The notes: a model not told the origin generated them from the letters alone. DNA of 18,655 nt from an uncultured archaeon (GCA_964592405.1 CAZQBY010000001.1:142837-161491); one strand, 5' to 3'. Shown: positions 7,535-15,564, counted from the stretch's first letter. Made by a program: numbers and translations.

Positions 7535-9328
7535 CTAAACGGAGCTCAGGGTGGGTTTTCTCCTGCGGTAGCGCTTGGCTCTGTAGCCCCTTTTGCCTCC
7601 CAGACCAAATCCTCTCTTGTTCACCAGACGGATGATGAACAGAATGACCACAACCACGACTATTATCACCACTACGCACAACAGCCACCCGCCACCTGTG
7701 CTGCGGACTTCAATTGTGGTTGTGAGCGGCAGGTATCTCTCAGCAGTAACCTCTATTCTGTATACTCCTGCATCAGAGAATTTGTATTCAACCTGCCCGC
7801 CGGCCGGTGTAAGGGTCGCTACACTGCCGTTTGGTGCAGTTATCTTGACCTCAAGAGCCTCCACCGGTCCGCCGGTGTTCGGGTCCAATGTTATGATTGT
7901 GGTACTGTTGCCGGCTACAAGTGCTGAGCTGTTTATTGTCGTTATGGAGACCCTTATACCACAGTCAACAGGGCAATACTGCTCTGCCCCCGGGTCTCCC
8001 TCGCCTGCTCCGCAGATGTCATCCTTACACACTGGGCAGTCCACAGGGCACGCATTGTCTGTTCCTTCGGCATTCTTCTCCGAGAGACTGCAGACTCCAT
8101 CTCCGCAGTTCTGGGGGCTGTCCACAACCACCGTGACTGTATCGGTTGCAGTTTCCCTGCCATCGCTTACCGTAAGGGTTATGACATGCTCTCTGGCTGA
8201 ATCAAAAACCACCTGCGGGTTGACACCATCCGGTATTTCCTGACCGAACGAGTCCTCCCATGTATAGGTCAGCTCATCCCCATCCGGGTCGCTTGAACCG
8301 GAGGCATCAAGAGTGACCACATCACCCACCATAACATACTGGTCTTCGCCAGCATCTGCCACTGGCGGATTGTTCTGTGCTGTCAGAAAGAACGGTGCTG
8401 TGATAGTATCATTGTTTTGCAGACACACAGGGGGCGAGGAGTCTGTGCTGTAACCGTCTTTCGTTACTGCTATATCATAGCAGGCCGGCGTGTCCACCTC
8501 AAAACTAACGGCACCGTTAGTATCCGTAATACCAGTTTCTTCAGAGGCATTATCCCTGGACATAATCTGGACTGTAGCCCCCTCTATGAACTCATTTGTT
8601 TCCAGATCCCTGACCACCGCCGTGAGGGTGGCGGTCCCGGGCTCTATCATCTCAATTCGTGTATCCTCATCCCTGGCGCGGTCCCAGCTGTCAAATATTG
8701 TTGTTGTGTCCTGAAAGCCTCTCTTCTCCACGGTTATCTCATAATCGACGCCCCACTCAAGGTCCTTGAACGTGACCAGGCCGTCTTCGTCCGTTTCGTC
8801 CGTCTCATCATCCTCGTCTATCTCAAATGGTTCATATTTGGATTTCTCATCCGGAAAGATGATTATGTCGTAATCTTCATCCGGGTCAACATCGTTGTCA
8901 TCAAGTTCCTCATCGAGGCTCCTTACTGTGACATCTGCATTCTCGACGGGGTCTCTGTACTGATCCACAACTTCAATCTCAAGGTCAAACTCCTTCGGGC
9001 GCATGACTACGAGAATGTCTGCATCATCATCAAGATCCTCCAGGGCTTCATCGTCGTCAATCTCCTTGTAGTCAGCATGGGTAACCCTGATCCTGTATGA
9101 ATCATCCGCATCCTCCAAGTCATTGCACTGCGCCTCCCCATCATCGTCTGTGTCCTCATCACACATCTGGTCATCACTGCTGTTTGTAATGACAATATTG
9201 GCGTCTTCTATCTCCTCTCCATCTTTGTCCACAACCTTTATATCAACATCAACCGCTGCCGATACCACCGGCATAAGCATAATGGCCACCAGTGCAGCCA
9301 CTAATAAACTTTTCTTAGAGAATGCCAT
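7535..9328 (-). CDS. Acidic surface protein: carboxypeptidase-regulatory-like domains, PKD-like domain, two Cys-rich CGDGxC-type repeats, C-terminal TM anchor
   Basis: ATG at 9328 preceded by GGGTGG (the track's GTG at 9337 lies within this RBS). Signal peptide MAFSKKSLLVAALVAIMLMPVVSA; NNPPVADAGEDQ...VTLDASGSSDPDGDELTYTW is PKD-like; CGDGVC...CPVDC twice (second degenerate); STGGG-TM-Arg/Lys-rich tail. Confidence 0.88.
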   Translation of the reverse strand: MAFSKKSLLVAALVAIMLMPVVSAAVDVDIKVVDKDGEEIEDANIVITNSSDDQMCDEDTDDDGEAQCNDLEDADDSYRIRVTHADYKEIDDDEALEDLDDDADILVVMRPKEFDLEIEVVDQYRDPVENADVTVRSLDEELDDNDVDPDEDYDIIIFPDEKSKYEPFEIDEDDETDETDEDGLVTFKDLEWGVDYEITVEKRGFQDTTTIFDSWDRARDEDTRIEMIEPGTATLTAVVRDLETNEFIEGATVQIMSRDNASEETGITDTNGAVSFEVDTPACYDIAVTKDGYSTDSSPPVCLQNNDTITAPFFLTAQNNPPVADAGEDQYVMVGDVVTLDASGSSDPDGDELTYTWEDSFGQEIPDGVNPQVVFDSAREHVITLTVSDGRETATDTVTVVVDSPQNCGDGVCSLSEKNAEGTDNACPVDCPVCKDDICGAGEGDPGAEQYCPVDCGIRVSITTINSSALVAGNSTTIITLDPNTGGPVEALEVKITAPNGSVATLTPAGGQVEYKFSDAGVYRIEVTAERYLPLTTTIEVRSTGGGWLLCVVVIIVVVVVILFIIRLVNKRGFGLGGKRGYRAKRYRRRKPTLSSV

Positions 9329-9375
9329 TTTTCCCACCCAAAATTATCAAAAATCCAACTATTAAGGGGGATAAG

Positions 9376-9383
9376 TATAAAAA
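9376..9383 (-). promoter_or_regulatory. TATA box for the 9328 gene
   Basis: TTTTTATA on the - strand ~50 nt upstream of the ATG; the same element precedes other - strand genes. Confidence 0.55.
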
Positions 9384-9423
9384 TATTATGGATATTCTGA
9401 TTAATTTATGTCTGTGATGACAT

Positions 9424-9445
9424 AAAAAACAGGAGTGGCCACCCC
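9424..9445 (-). terminator. Short hairpin plus T tract, probable terminator of the 10513 gene
   Basis: - strand GGGGTGGCCACTCC followed by TGTTTTTT. Confidence 0.4.
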
Positions 9446-9592
9446 CTTTAAATAGCACTATCTTGAGGATTGGAAAGCCTAGTCTTTGGGCCGTTCTATT
9501 TCTCCCGTATCTCTTATTTCTCTATATTCCCTAGCTATTTCTCCTGTATTTCTAATTGTTCTATGTTTTTCTGCTCTTGTCTAAGCTCCCTT

Positions 9593-10513
9593 CTATATTT
9601 CCTCCTTGATTTTCAGCAGGAATGGTTTGACCTCCTTTTTCTCAATCTTGGCCGGCTTTGTATCTCCTGTATCCTCCTCTTTCACCCCCTTCTTTTCCTC
9701 TGCTTCGGCTTCCTTGGACCCTGCCTCTTTCTTTTCCTCTTTCTTTCTGGACGCTTTTTTTGCTCCTTCCTTCTCTTCCTCTCCAGCCGTTTTCTTGGTC
9801 TTGGGCGTCTTGGACTTCTTAAGGAAGGCGCCTTCTTCCCATCCCTTTTCTCCTTTCTTTTTCTCCTTCTTGATCTCTTTCTTGGCCTTCTTCGTATATG
9901 CCTCTAGGTCTTCCTCCTCCCGTGCCAGAAGTATGATAAGCATAATCACTATCACAACTACCAGGAAGGCTATTATGGCTATCTGCATGCTGTTGTCTGC
10001 ACCTGCCACGGCGGCTCCGGCAGCCCCGGCTTCTGGGAGCGCCTCACCCTCCCTGCCAGCCTCTGCCTTTGCTTCCTCTGCCTCTCCGGCTTCAGCTTCG
10101 CCGCCTCCCTCCTCAGTAATGACTACAGAGGGTTTTCCGGCTTCTTCTTCAGATGGTTCTACAAGGACAGAGGGTTTTTCCTCTGGCTTCTCCTCAACGG
10201 GCACGACCACTATCTCCTCTTCTCCACCGGTCTCGGCAACTGCCTCTTCTGCCTCGGGCACCTCTTCGGCTTCTAGCGGAAGCTCTTCTGCCTCAGGCGG
10301 TTTCGCTGTTGGCATAATGCCAAACTTTTCATGAAAGGCGTCCGAATCCACATACATCATGACATCATGTTTCAGCTTCGGAACCGGCTTAACCTTGCCA
10401 AAGGTCTTCTTGAAATATTCATCTGTATAGTAGTAGGTTGCGGATGCGCAATCTATCACAAGCATAAGTAAAACTAAGACTGCCAGGAACATTAGAACAT
10501 TTTTTGTCTTCAT
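9593..10513 (-). CDS. Membrane-anchored low-complexity protein (Glu/Pro/Ala-rich ectodomain, TM helix, Lys/Glu-rich tail)
   Basis: ATG at 10513 follows GAGGTGA (the track's GTG at 10522 is part of this RBS). Signal peptide, acidic linker, IAIIAFLVVVIVIMLIILLA helix and a ~110-aa charged tail. Confidence 0.82.
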   Translation of the reverse strand: MKTKNVLMFLAVLVLLMLVIDCASATYYYTDEYFKKTFGKVKPVPKLKHDVMMYVDSDAFHEKFGIMPTAKPPEAEELPLEAEEVPEAEEAVAETGGEEEIVVVPVEEKPEEKPSVLVEPSEEEAGKPSVVITEEGGGEAEAGEAEEAKAEAGREGEALPEAGAAGAAVAGADNSMQIAIIAFLVVVIVIMLIILLAREEEDLEAYTKKAKKEIKKEKKKGEKGWEEGAFLKKSKTPKTKKTAGEEEKEGAKKASRKKEEKKEAGSKEAEAEEKKGVKEEDTGDTKPAKIEKKEVKPFLLKIKEEI

Positions 10514-10564
10514 CTTATTCACCTCTGTAGATAATAAGGTTTGGGGGAAATAGCGTTCTTAAAA

Positions 10565-10573
10565 TATAAAAAA
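10565..10573 (-). promoter_or_regulatory. TATA box for the 10513 gene
   Basis: TTTTTTATA on the - strand ~52 nt upstream of the ATG. Confidence 0.55.
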
Positions 10574-10583
10574 CTCAGCAAGT

Positions 10584-10641
10584 TTTTCTTACTTTCTTAC
10601 CCAAAACCACTCCAAGTAACCGGTTTTCTTACTTTCTTACC
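10584..10641. repeat. Two exact 18-bp direct repeats (TTTTCTTACTTTCTTACC), 40-bp period
   Basis: Copies at 10584-10601 and 10624-10641; each contains two tandem TTTCTTAC octamers. Confidence 0.9.
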
Positions 10642-10748
10642 ACATCCAACCACAGCCAGTTACAACTAACCGATGCCTGAAAATATCGCATAGAAATGGT
10701 TGTGTCCAGAATCAAAAATCCGGCTAGGATTCCACTATAAAAACCGGT

Positions 10749-12677
10749 TCAGACTTCAAGGTCTGTATGCTCGCCCTTGGTTTGACTGCCCCTTATCGCA
10801 CTCTTTATCTCAGGAAAACTGAATCCCCTCTTTCCTTTTGTCCTAGATTTCACCCCTATCAGCAACAGGATAAAGAGGAAGAGCATAAGCACAAGCAGTG
10901 CCATCAGCAGCAACAGCAGGCTGCTGCTTTCAGCACCTGCAACAGCTGCAGCAGCACCGGCAGGTGTTTCTCCAGTGCTCTGGTTTTCAGGCCCGCTTTC
11001 TGAAGCGATGGTAGATATGGTCGGCAGCACCGGCCCAGCCGGCTCGCTTATCTCCAGCTCCGGAGGTCTTGAAACCATGCACACGGGCCCCTCAAGGTCA
11101 ATGTTCAGCTCCATGAAGGCCTGCTTGTTCTCTCCGGTAGCCACTACTGTTATCTTGGAATGCTCCGGAACGTCTAAAGGCAGAATATAAAGTGCGACAG
11201 GTCTTGTCTCCTTGGGTCTCAGGAGTATACTGTCCGGCTGGATGAGATAATTTCCACCTTCCAGAGACAGAGAAACCTGCTGTTTTACATATCCGGTGTT
11301 CTTTACGTAGAAGGTATATGCATCCCCGCGGCAGTCTATCTGTGTCGGATCCAGTTCCGGAACCAGCTCGATGTCTGCACATGAACCTTCGCCAAATGGC
11401 AGAAGCCTGAGATAGCCGTTCTCAGTGTCTGTGGCATGGCCTGTGGCACTGACCGTGAATGGTATTTCTGCATCTGTTACACACCACGTTCCCATAACAT
11501 CAAAACTGGTCTCTCCGCTTTCTCCGCTGGCCAGTGAGAAGAAATCTCTCTCAAGCGGGACATCCATACCACTTATACTAAGGGTATAATCATCGGCATA
11601 GTAGCCTGTGTTTCTGACTTTCAGGTCATAGGTTACCGGCTCTCCATGGCATGCAGTTATTTCAGGAGGTATAATCTCCAGATCCACATCATAACACTCC
11701 ATAAGCTTGACATTGGTAGTATCGGAATGGGAGTCATAGGCACTGACAGCAGCCAGTGTAAGATTGCATTCACCCATGTCCGGTTCCAGGGTAACGGCTA
11801 TATCCTTCTCTTCTCCGGCTTCCAGATATATAGAATCCTGAGTCAGATGGGCCCTACACGTGCCGCTGAGCTCCAATGAATATGTGTTTGGAACACAGCC
11901 TTTGTTCCTGATATTGACTGTGTAAGTCAGGCCGGCCTCCGGACAGCTGACAAACTCATCGGGTGCCGAAACCGTCGCATAATAACAGTTGACAAGATTA
12001 ACTCTGAGCTTTTTTGAGACAGATTTCATTGGAGATTTTACTATCAGTTCCACATCATAGCTTCCATAGTCATTGCTCAGGCCCCTGAGTGTGATAGAAC
12101 CTGTTCTGGATTCTCCCGGCGCTAGAGACATCCTGCCACCAGCAAAAGAGACACCTATGATGCCTGTAACCCCCCTCACGAAGATGGTATAATCATCCTT
12201 CCTCTGGCCGGTGTTCCTGACTATGAAGTCCACTCTGCCAACCGAACCCTCACAGAGATCTATGGATTGCTGCAGGATCTGCAGGTCCGCTGAATAGCAG
12301 TCGTTTACGCTAAAGATGGCATCATCAGAATCCGAAACCCCATATCCACTGGCAGTTATCGATATTCTGTGCTGACCCAGTATGTCCTGTGCCGGAGTAA
12401 ATGTAGTCCTGATTCTCTCCGTCTGATATGGACCAACAGTTATCTGAGATGGCATATCTGAGGTCATGGGTATGTCTCCTGCAGCAGAGAGCGATATGGC
12501 TCTTGCATTGTCATTGACATTCGTTATCTGGATGTCATAGACAACCGGTTCTCCCTGACACAGGTTGTTTGATACCGGAATGATCTGCAATATGCAGTCA
12601 TTACACACTGCCTGCGCTCCATTTAGTATAATAATGCCCAGAAGAAGGGCCATTACTGATGTTTTCATTCCTGTCAT
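10749..12677 (-). CDS. Surface protein with five COG1470/NEW3-like Ig-fold domains and a C-terminal TM anchor
   Basis: 642 aa with a signal peptide. Repeats YDIQITN, VRNTGQRKDDYTI, IRNKGCVPNTYSL, VRNTGYYADDYTL, VKNTGYVKQQVSL, several followed by LxPGE-like motifs; CY junctions between domains; ATGA overlap with the upstream gene. Confidence 0.86.
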   Translation of the reverse strand: MTGMKTSVMALLLGIIILNGAQAVCNDCILQIIPVSNNLCQGEPVVYDIQITNVNDNARAISLSAAGDIPMTSDMPSQITVGPYQTERIRTTFTPAQDILGQHRISITASGYGVSDSDDAIFSVNDCYSADLQILQQSIDLCEGSVGRVDFIVRNTGQRKDDYTIFVRGVTGIIGVSFAGGRMSLAPGESRTGSITLRGLSNDYGSYDVELIVKSPMKSVSKKLRVNLVNCYYATVSAPDEFVSCPEAGLTYTVNIRNKGCVPNTYSLELSGTCRAHLTQDSIYLEAGEEKDIAVTLEPDMGECNLTLAAVSAYDSHSDTTNVKLMECYDVDLEIIPPEITACHGEPVTYDLKVRNTGYYADDYTLSISGMDVPLERDFFSLASGESGETSFDVMGTWCVTDAEIPFTVSATGHATDTENGYLRLLPFGEGSCADIELVPELDPTQIDCRGDAYTFYVKNTGYVKQQVSLSLEGGNYLIQPDSILLRPKETRPVALYILPLDVPEHSKITVVATGENKQAFMELNIDLEGPVCMVSRPPELEISEPAGPVLPTISTIASESGPENQSTGETPAGAAAAVAGAESSSLLLLLMALLVLMLFLFILLLIGVKSRTKGKRGFSFPEIKSAIRGSQTKGEHTDLEV

Positions 12678-13330
12678 TTTTGACCTCTCAGTATTGTTGC
12701 TATAAGAATAGATAGCACTCCAAGTAGCACGAGCAGCAGCCCGGTCGCAAAGGCTCGGTTGTCTTTACCACCCCTCACCACGGTTACAGCAGCGCCTGCA
12801 GGGGCATGGGCTGCTATTCCATCTACATCCCTATCCTCATCTGTCTTTTCTTTTCCAACTTCCTGCCCGGCTGCCCCCTCCGTGGCCTGTTCAGCCTTTT
12901 CTGGCTGCTTTCTTGCACAGCCCCCCGGTATTCGCAGCAGCACCTCTCTTTCCAAAGACTCCTCAAACTTGCTGACAATCAGGCGTATCCGGTAATCTCC
13001 ATGCGGGAGGTCACAGCCAGCCCTTACAAACATCACCAGATCCTCTTCCTGACCCGAAGGAACCAGTACGGTCTTTGGTTCAAGGCTGATCCATATATCC
13101 TTACTGTCCGGTGACTCTGTCCGGAAATCGTATGCTCTTTGGAAGCGGTGGTTATTGGTTATGTGGATATTGTAGGTTACTGTGCCACAACACATGCTCT
13201 GAATGTGCGGCGATATTTCCACCTCTTCGGCTTCGGCCCCTTCACTCCTAGCACCGCTGATGCCAACTGACATCACAATGGCTGCAATTCCGAGAACTAC
13301 ATAGAGCTTATTGACGTCCAATCTCACCAT
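12674..13330 (-). CDS. Small surface protein with one COG1470/NEW3-like domain and a C-terminal TM anchor
   Basis: 218 aa; N-terminal hydrophobic signal; TVTYNIHITNN...VLVPSGQE...LPHGDYRIRL; C-terminal Leu/Ile helix; overlaps both neighbours (7 and 4 nt). Confidence 0.82.
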   Translation of the reverse strand: MVRLDVNKLYVVLGIAAIVMSVGISGARSEGAEAEEVEISPHIQSMCCGTVTYNIHITNNHRFQRAYDFRTESPDSKDIWISLEPKTVLVPSGQEEDLVMFVRAGCDLPHGDYRIRLIVSKFEESLEREVLLRIPGGCARKQPEKAEQATEGAAGQEVGKEKTDEDRDVDGIAAHAPAGAAVTVVRGGKDNRAFATGLLLVLLGVLSILIATILRGQK

Positions 13331-15156
13331 TTTCTGATTTCAGATCCCGAACCGCCATCCGGCGTAAGTATAGGTTCCTTGACTTTATGCGAGATGACTC
13401 CAAGCCGCTTGTGGGCGGCACTCTCTCCAGTGCTTCTACTACTAAGCAAAAATATAAAAAGCAAGGTAATCAGGGCCAATATGCCAAGTATGAGTATCCA
13501 GTCCGGAATAAGCACATCTCCAATGACGATAGCCCCGGTCGGAGCAGCTATGGTCCTGTTCCCTCCTGCCTCCTCTGTGCGGTTTTCCGCTTCCCCCACC
13601 ATTTCAAGAGGTGTTTCGGGGGCAGGCAATCTAACATCCACATGCAGTATTGTCGAATCTTGGACATTGCCATTCCGAGCAGTTACAGGGATATCATACA
13701 GGCCGGGAGCCATGCTCTCAGGCACTCTTATCTCCAGTTTCCAGGTCTCTACAGCATTTGGAGCAATAGTAACACTCCCCGGCTGGTGGATCCATGGAGC
13801 CATATCACCACCGACCTCCAGTGTTAGCGTTTCCGGCACGTTTCCCTTGTTACTTGCTATTAACGTAAAGGAGCCATTCCCTCCCTGCACTATCTCATGG
13901 CACTCATCCAGGACTCCCAGTTCTATGAAATGCCTTGCCGGCTCGCCACAATCTTCCGGACAGGTCTGCTGGTTTTCGGTCTGGAGATTACAAACCCCGT
14001 CGCCACACCTTGCACAACTGCCACAGTCGCCTGGGCAACTCTGGCATGTTTCGTCGCCATTACAAACCCCATCACCACAGTAGCTCTGGAGTTGGCATGA
14101 AGGCTGTCGGCATGGTACGGGCGGTGCAGGCAGTATGGCTGCACAGTCGACTGGACAGTTATAGGGATTCTCAGCGTCAAGGCATCTGCCATCCCCACAG
14201 TAGGTTCTCAGCTCGCAGCGGTTGCCACTGCACTTATATCCTGATGGGCAGTCTCCATCACCACAACACTGTACGCTCTGCTCAAACTGCCAGTTGCCGT
14301 CGCGGCATACGAGCTTCTGGCGATCCCTGCATGTCTCCTCCCCCTCTTCACCGGACGGGTTTGTGCATTTTGGTTCTCCGCAGTCCAGAGAACAGGTATA
14401 GGGTGATTCATCAGGGTCGCACTTACCGTCTCCGCAGTATGGAGGGAGGCCGCAGTCTTTGGCACAGTTGTATCTGCTTTCGTCTCTGTCGCAGTTACCA
14501 TCCCCGCAGTAGGGGGCAAGGCCACAGTCCTCCGGGCAGGTCTGCTTTGTCTCTGCGCCGTTGCAGACCCCATCGCCGCAGTAGGGCGGCTGACCGCAGT
14601 CTGTCTGGCAGCTGTATTTGGTTTCACCGCCGTTGCATATGCCGTCCCCGCAGTAGGGAGCAGGCTGCTTCGGCGCGCAGTCGTAGTAGCATGAGCTTTC
14701 AGTTTCCCCGTTGTTGCAGACCCCATCCCCGCAGTAGGAAAGGGGCCTGCAGTCAGCGGGGCAGCTGTATTGCGTCTCGCTGCCGGAGCACCAACCATCT
14801 CCACAGCGAGTACTGGTGGGACTTTGGGTGGAACTCTTGGAATATGTTGGTTCTGTCTGTTTTTCTTGTTTGACCACAACAATATTGGTGCAAGACTGAG
14901 CGGTGCATCCGGTATTGTAACCATACCCGATATCATAAGCATATCCACTGCGATATCTATAATAGGGGTAGTACGTGGAATATGTTGGATAATACAGGGT
15001 CGGTGTCACCCAGTTATAGCCGTTCCAGTAGTTTTTCCAATAGGCCCCCTGGCATGAGATACCCACATCCCAGACCGAGCCCATTACAGGTGTCGTGGTT
15101 AGAGTCAAAAATAGCAGCATGCATGCGGTTCCAACCAATAGTCTCCTAGATTCCAT
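13324..15156 (-). CDS. Cys-rich CGDGxC-repeat surface protein with Tyr-rich N-terminus, NEW3-like domain and C-terminal TM anchor
   Basis: 610 aa; GGAGGG RBS; signal peptide; nine CGDGxC...E...C..DC repeats plus one variant; SNKGNVPETLTL...PGLYDIPVTA domain; WILILGILALITLLFIFLL anchor. Confidence 0.88.
   Translation of the reverse strand: MESRRLLVGTACMLLFLTLTTTPVMGSVWDVGISCQGAYWKNYWNGYNWVTPTLYYPTYSTYYPYYRYRSGYAYDIGYGYNTGCTAQSCTNIVVVKQEKQTEPTYSKSSTQSPTSTRCGDGWCSGSETQYSCPADCRPLSYCGDGVCNNGETESSCYYDCAPKQPAPYCGDGICNGGETKYSCQTDCGQPPYCGDGVCNGAETKQTCPEDCGLAPYCGDGNCDRDESRYNCAKDCGLPPYCGDGKCDPDESPYTCSLDCGEPKCTNPSGEEGEETCRDRQKLVCRDGNWQFEQSVQCCGDGDCPSGYKCSGNRCELRTYCGDGRCLDAENPYNCPVDCAAILPAPPVPCRQPSCQLQSYCGDGVCNGDETCQSCPGDCGSCARCGDGVCNLQTENQQTCPEDCGEPARHFIELGVLDECHEIVQGGNGSFTLIASNKGNVPETLTLEVGGDMAPWIHQPGSVTIAPNAVETWKLEIRVPESMAPGLYDIPVTARNGNVQDSTILHVDVRLPAPETPLEMVGEAENRTEEAGGNRTIAAPTGAIVIGDVLIPDWILILGILALITLLFIFLLSSRSTGESAAHKRLGVISHKVKEPILTPDGGSGSEIRKW
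13945..14806 (-). repeat. Coding tandem repeats CGDGxCxxxExxxxCxxDC
   Basis: Visible in protein (~24-aa period for the first six copies) and in DNA (recurrent CCGCAGTAGGG on the + strand). Boundaries approximate. Confidence 0.85.
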
Positions 15157-15198
15157 TTAAACCCTCCAACAGTTGTTACTACTATTTAGTGGTTACAC

Positions 15199-15215
15199 TA
15201 TAAAAAGCTTTTCGG
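15199..15215 (-). promoter_or_regulatory. BRE + TATA promoter of the 15156-13330-12677 operon
   Basis: - strand CCGAAAAGC TTTTTATA, a canonical archaeal BRE-TATA arrangement, 43 nt upstream of the ATG. Confidence 0.7.
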
Positions 15216-15276
15216 TGTTGGATACAATTAGCTATTACTACATGTTTTTATAAAAAAGAGAACCTCCACAGACCGG

Positions 15277-15564
15277 CTAGCAGTAGCAGTATCCTCCAAC
15301 CCAGCTACAGCCGGCACTACAGTATATGCCCCCATAATCGTAGCCATAAGCATAACCATAATGGAAGTAGCTATGGTAATAGGGGTAGTAATAATATGGG
15401 TAATAGGCATAATAGTAGGGATAATAGGGATATGCGTAATATCCGACCCCTATCTGGGAGCCATATGGATAGTATCCACTGCTATAATAGATTACGGTGC
15501 CCTGAGCACTGCCTCCAAGCGAGACTGCAAGCAGGATCAGCAGGGCAAGGTTAATGATCTTCAT
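15277..15564 (-). CDS. Small secreted tyrosine-rich protein (95 aa) with a four-Cys C-terminus
   Basis: ATG at 15564 follows GGGGGTGA; signal peptide MKIINLALLILLAVSLGGSAQG; 30 Tyr in the 73-aa predicted mature part; ends CSAGCSWVGGYCYC. Confidence 0.8.
   Translation of the reverse strand: MKIINLALLILLAVSLGGSAQGTVIYYSSGYYPYGSQIGVGYYAYPYYPYYYAYYPYYYYPYYHSYFHYGYAYGYDYGGIYCSAGCSWVGGYCYC

Noticed and set aside
219-9100. Numerous short ORFs nested in or antisense to the three large genes
   Set aside because: They overlap well-supported CDSs and show no protein-like signatures.
9400-9595. TAG readthrough or recoding after the Glu/Lys-rich gene (several in-frame TAGs)
   Set aside because: TAG ends TrmB, the toxin, the antitoxin and others at sensible lengths, and the long ORFs have no internal TAG.
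9470-10334. Phe/Leu/Ser-rich + strand ORFs (9470..9907, 9606..10334)
   Set aside because: Antisense shadows of the Glu/Lys-rich gene.
10584-10641. Mini CRISPR array
   Set aside because: Only two 18-bp low-complexity repeats with a 22-nt spacer, and no cas genes.
13379-15057. Long alternative-frame and antisense ORFs over the CGDG-repeat gene
   Set aside because: Explained by GC-rich repetitive coding sequence; no motifs or RBS.
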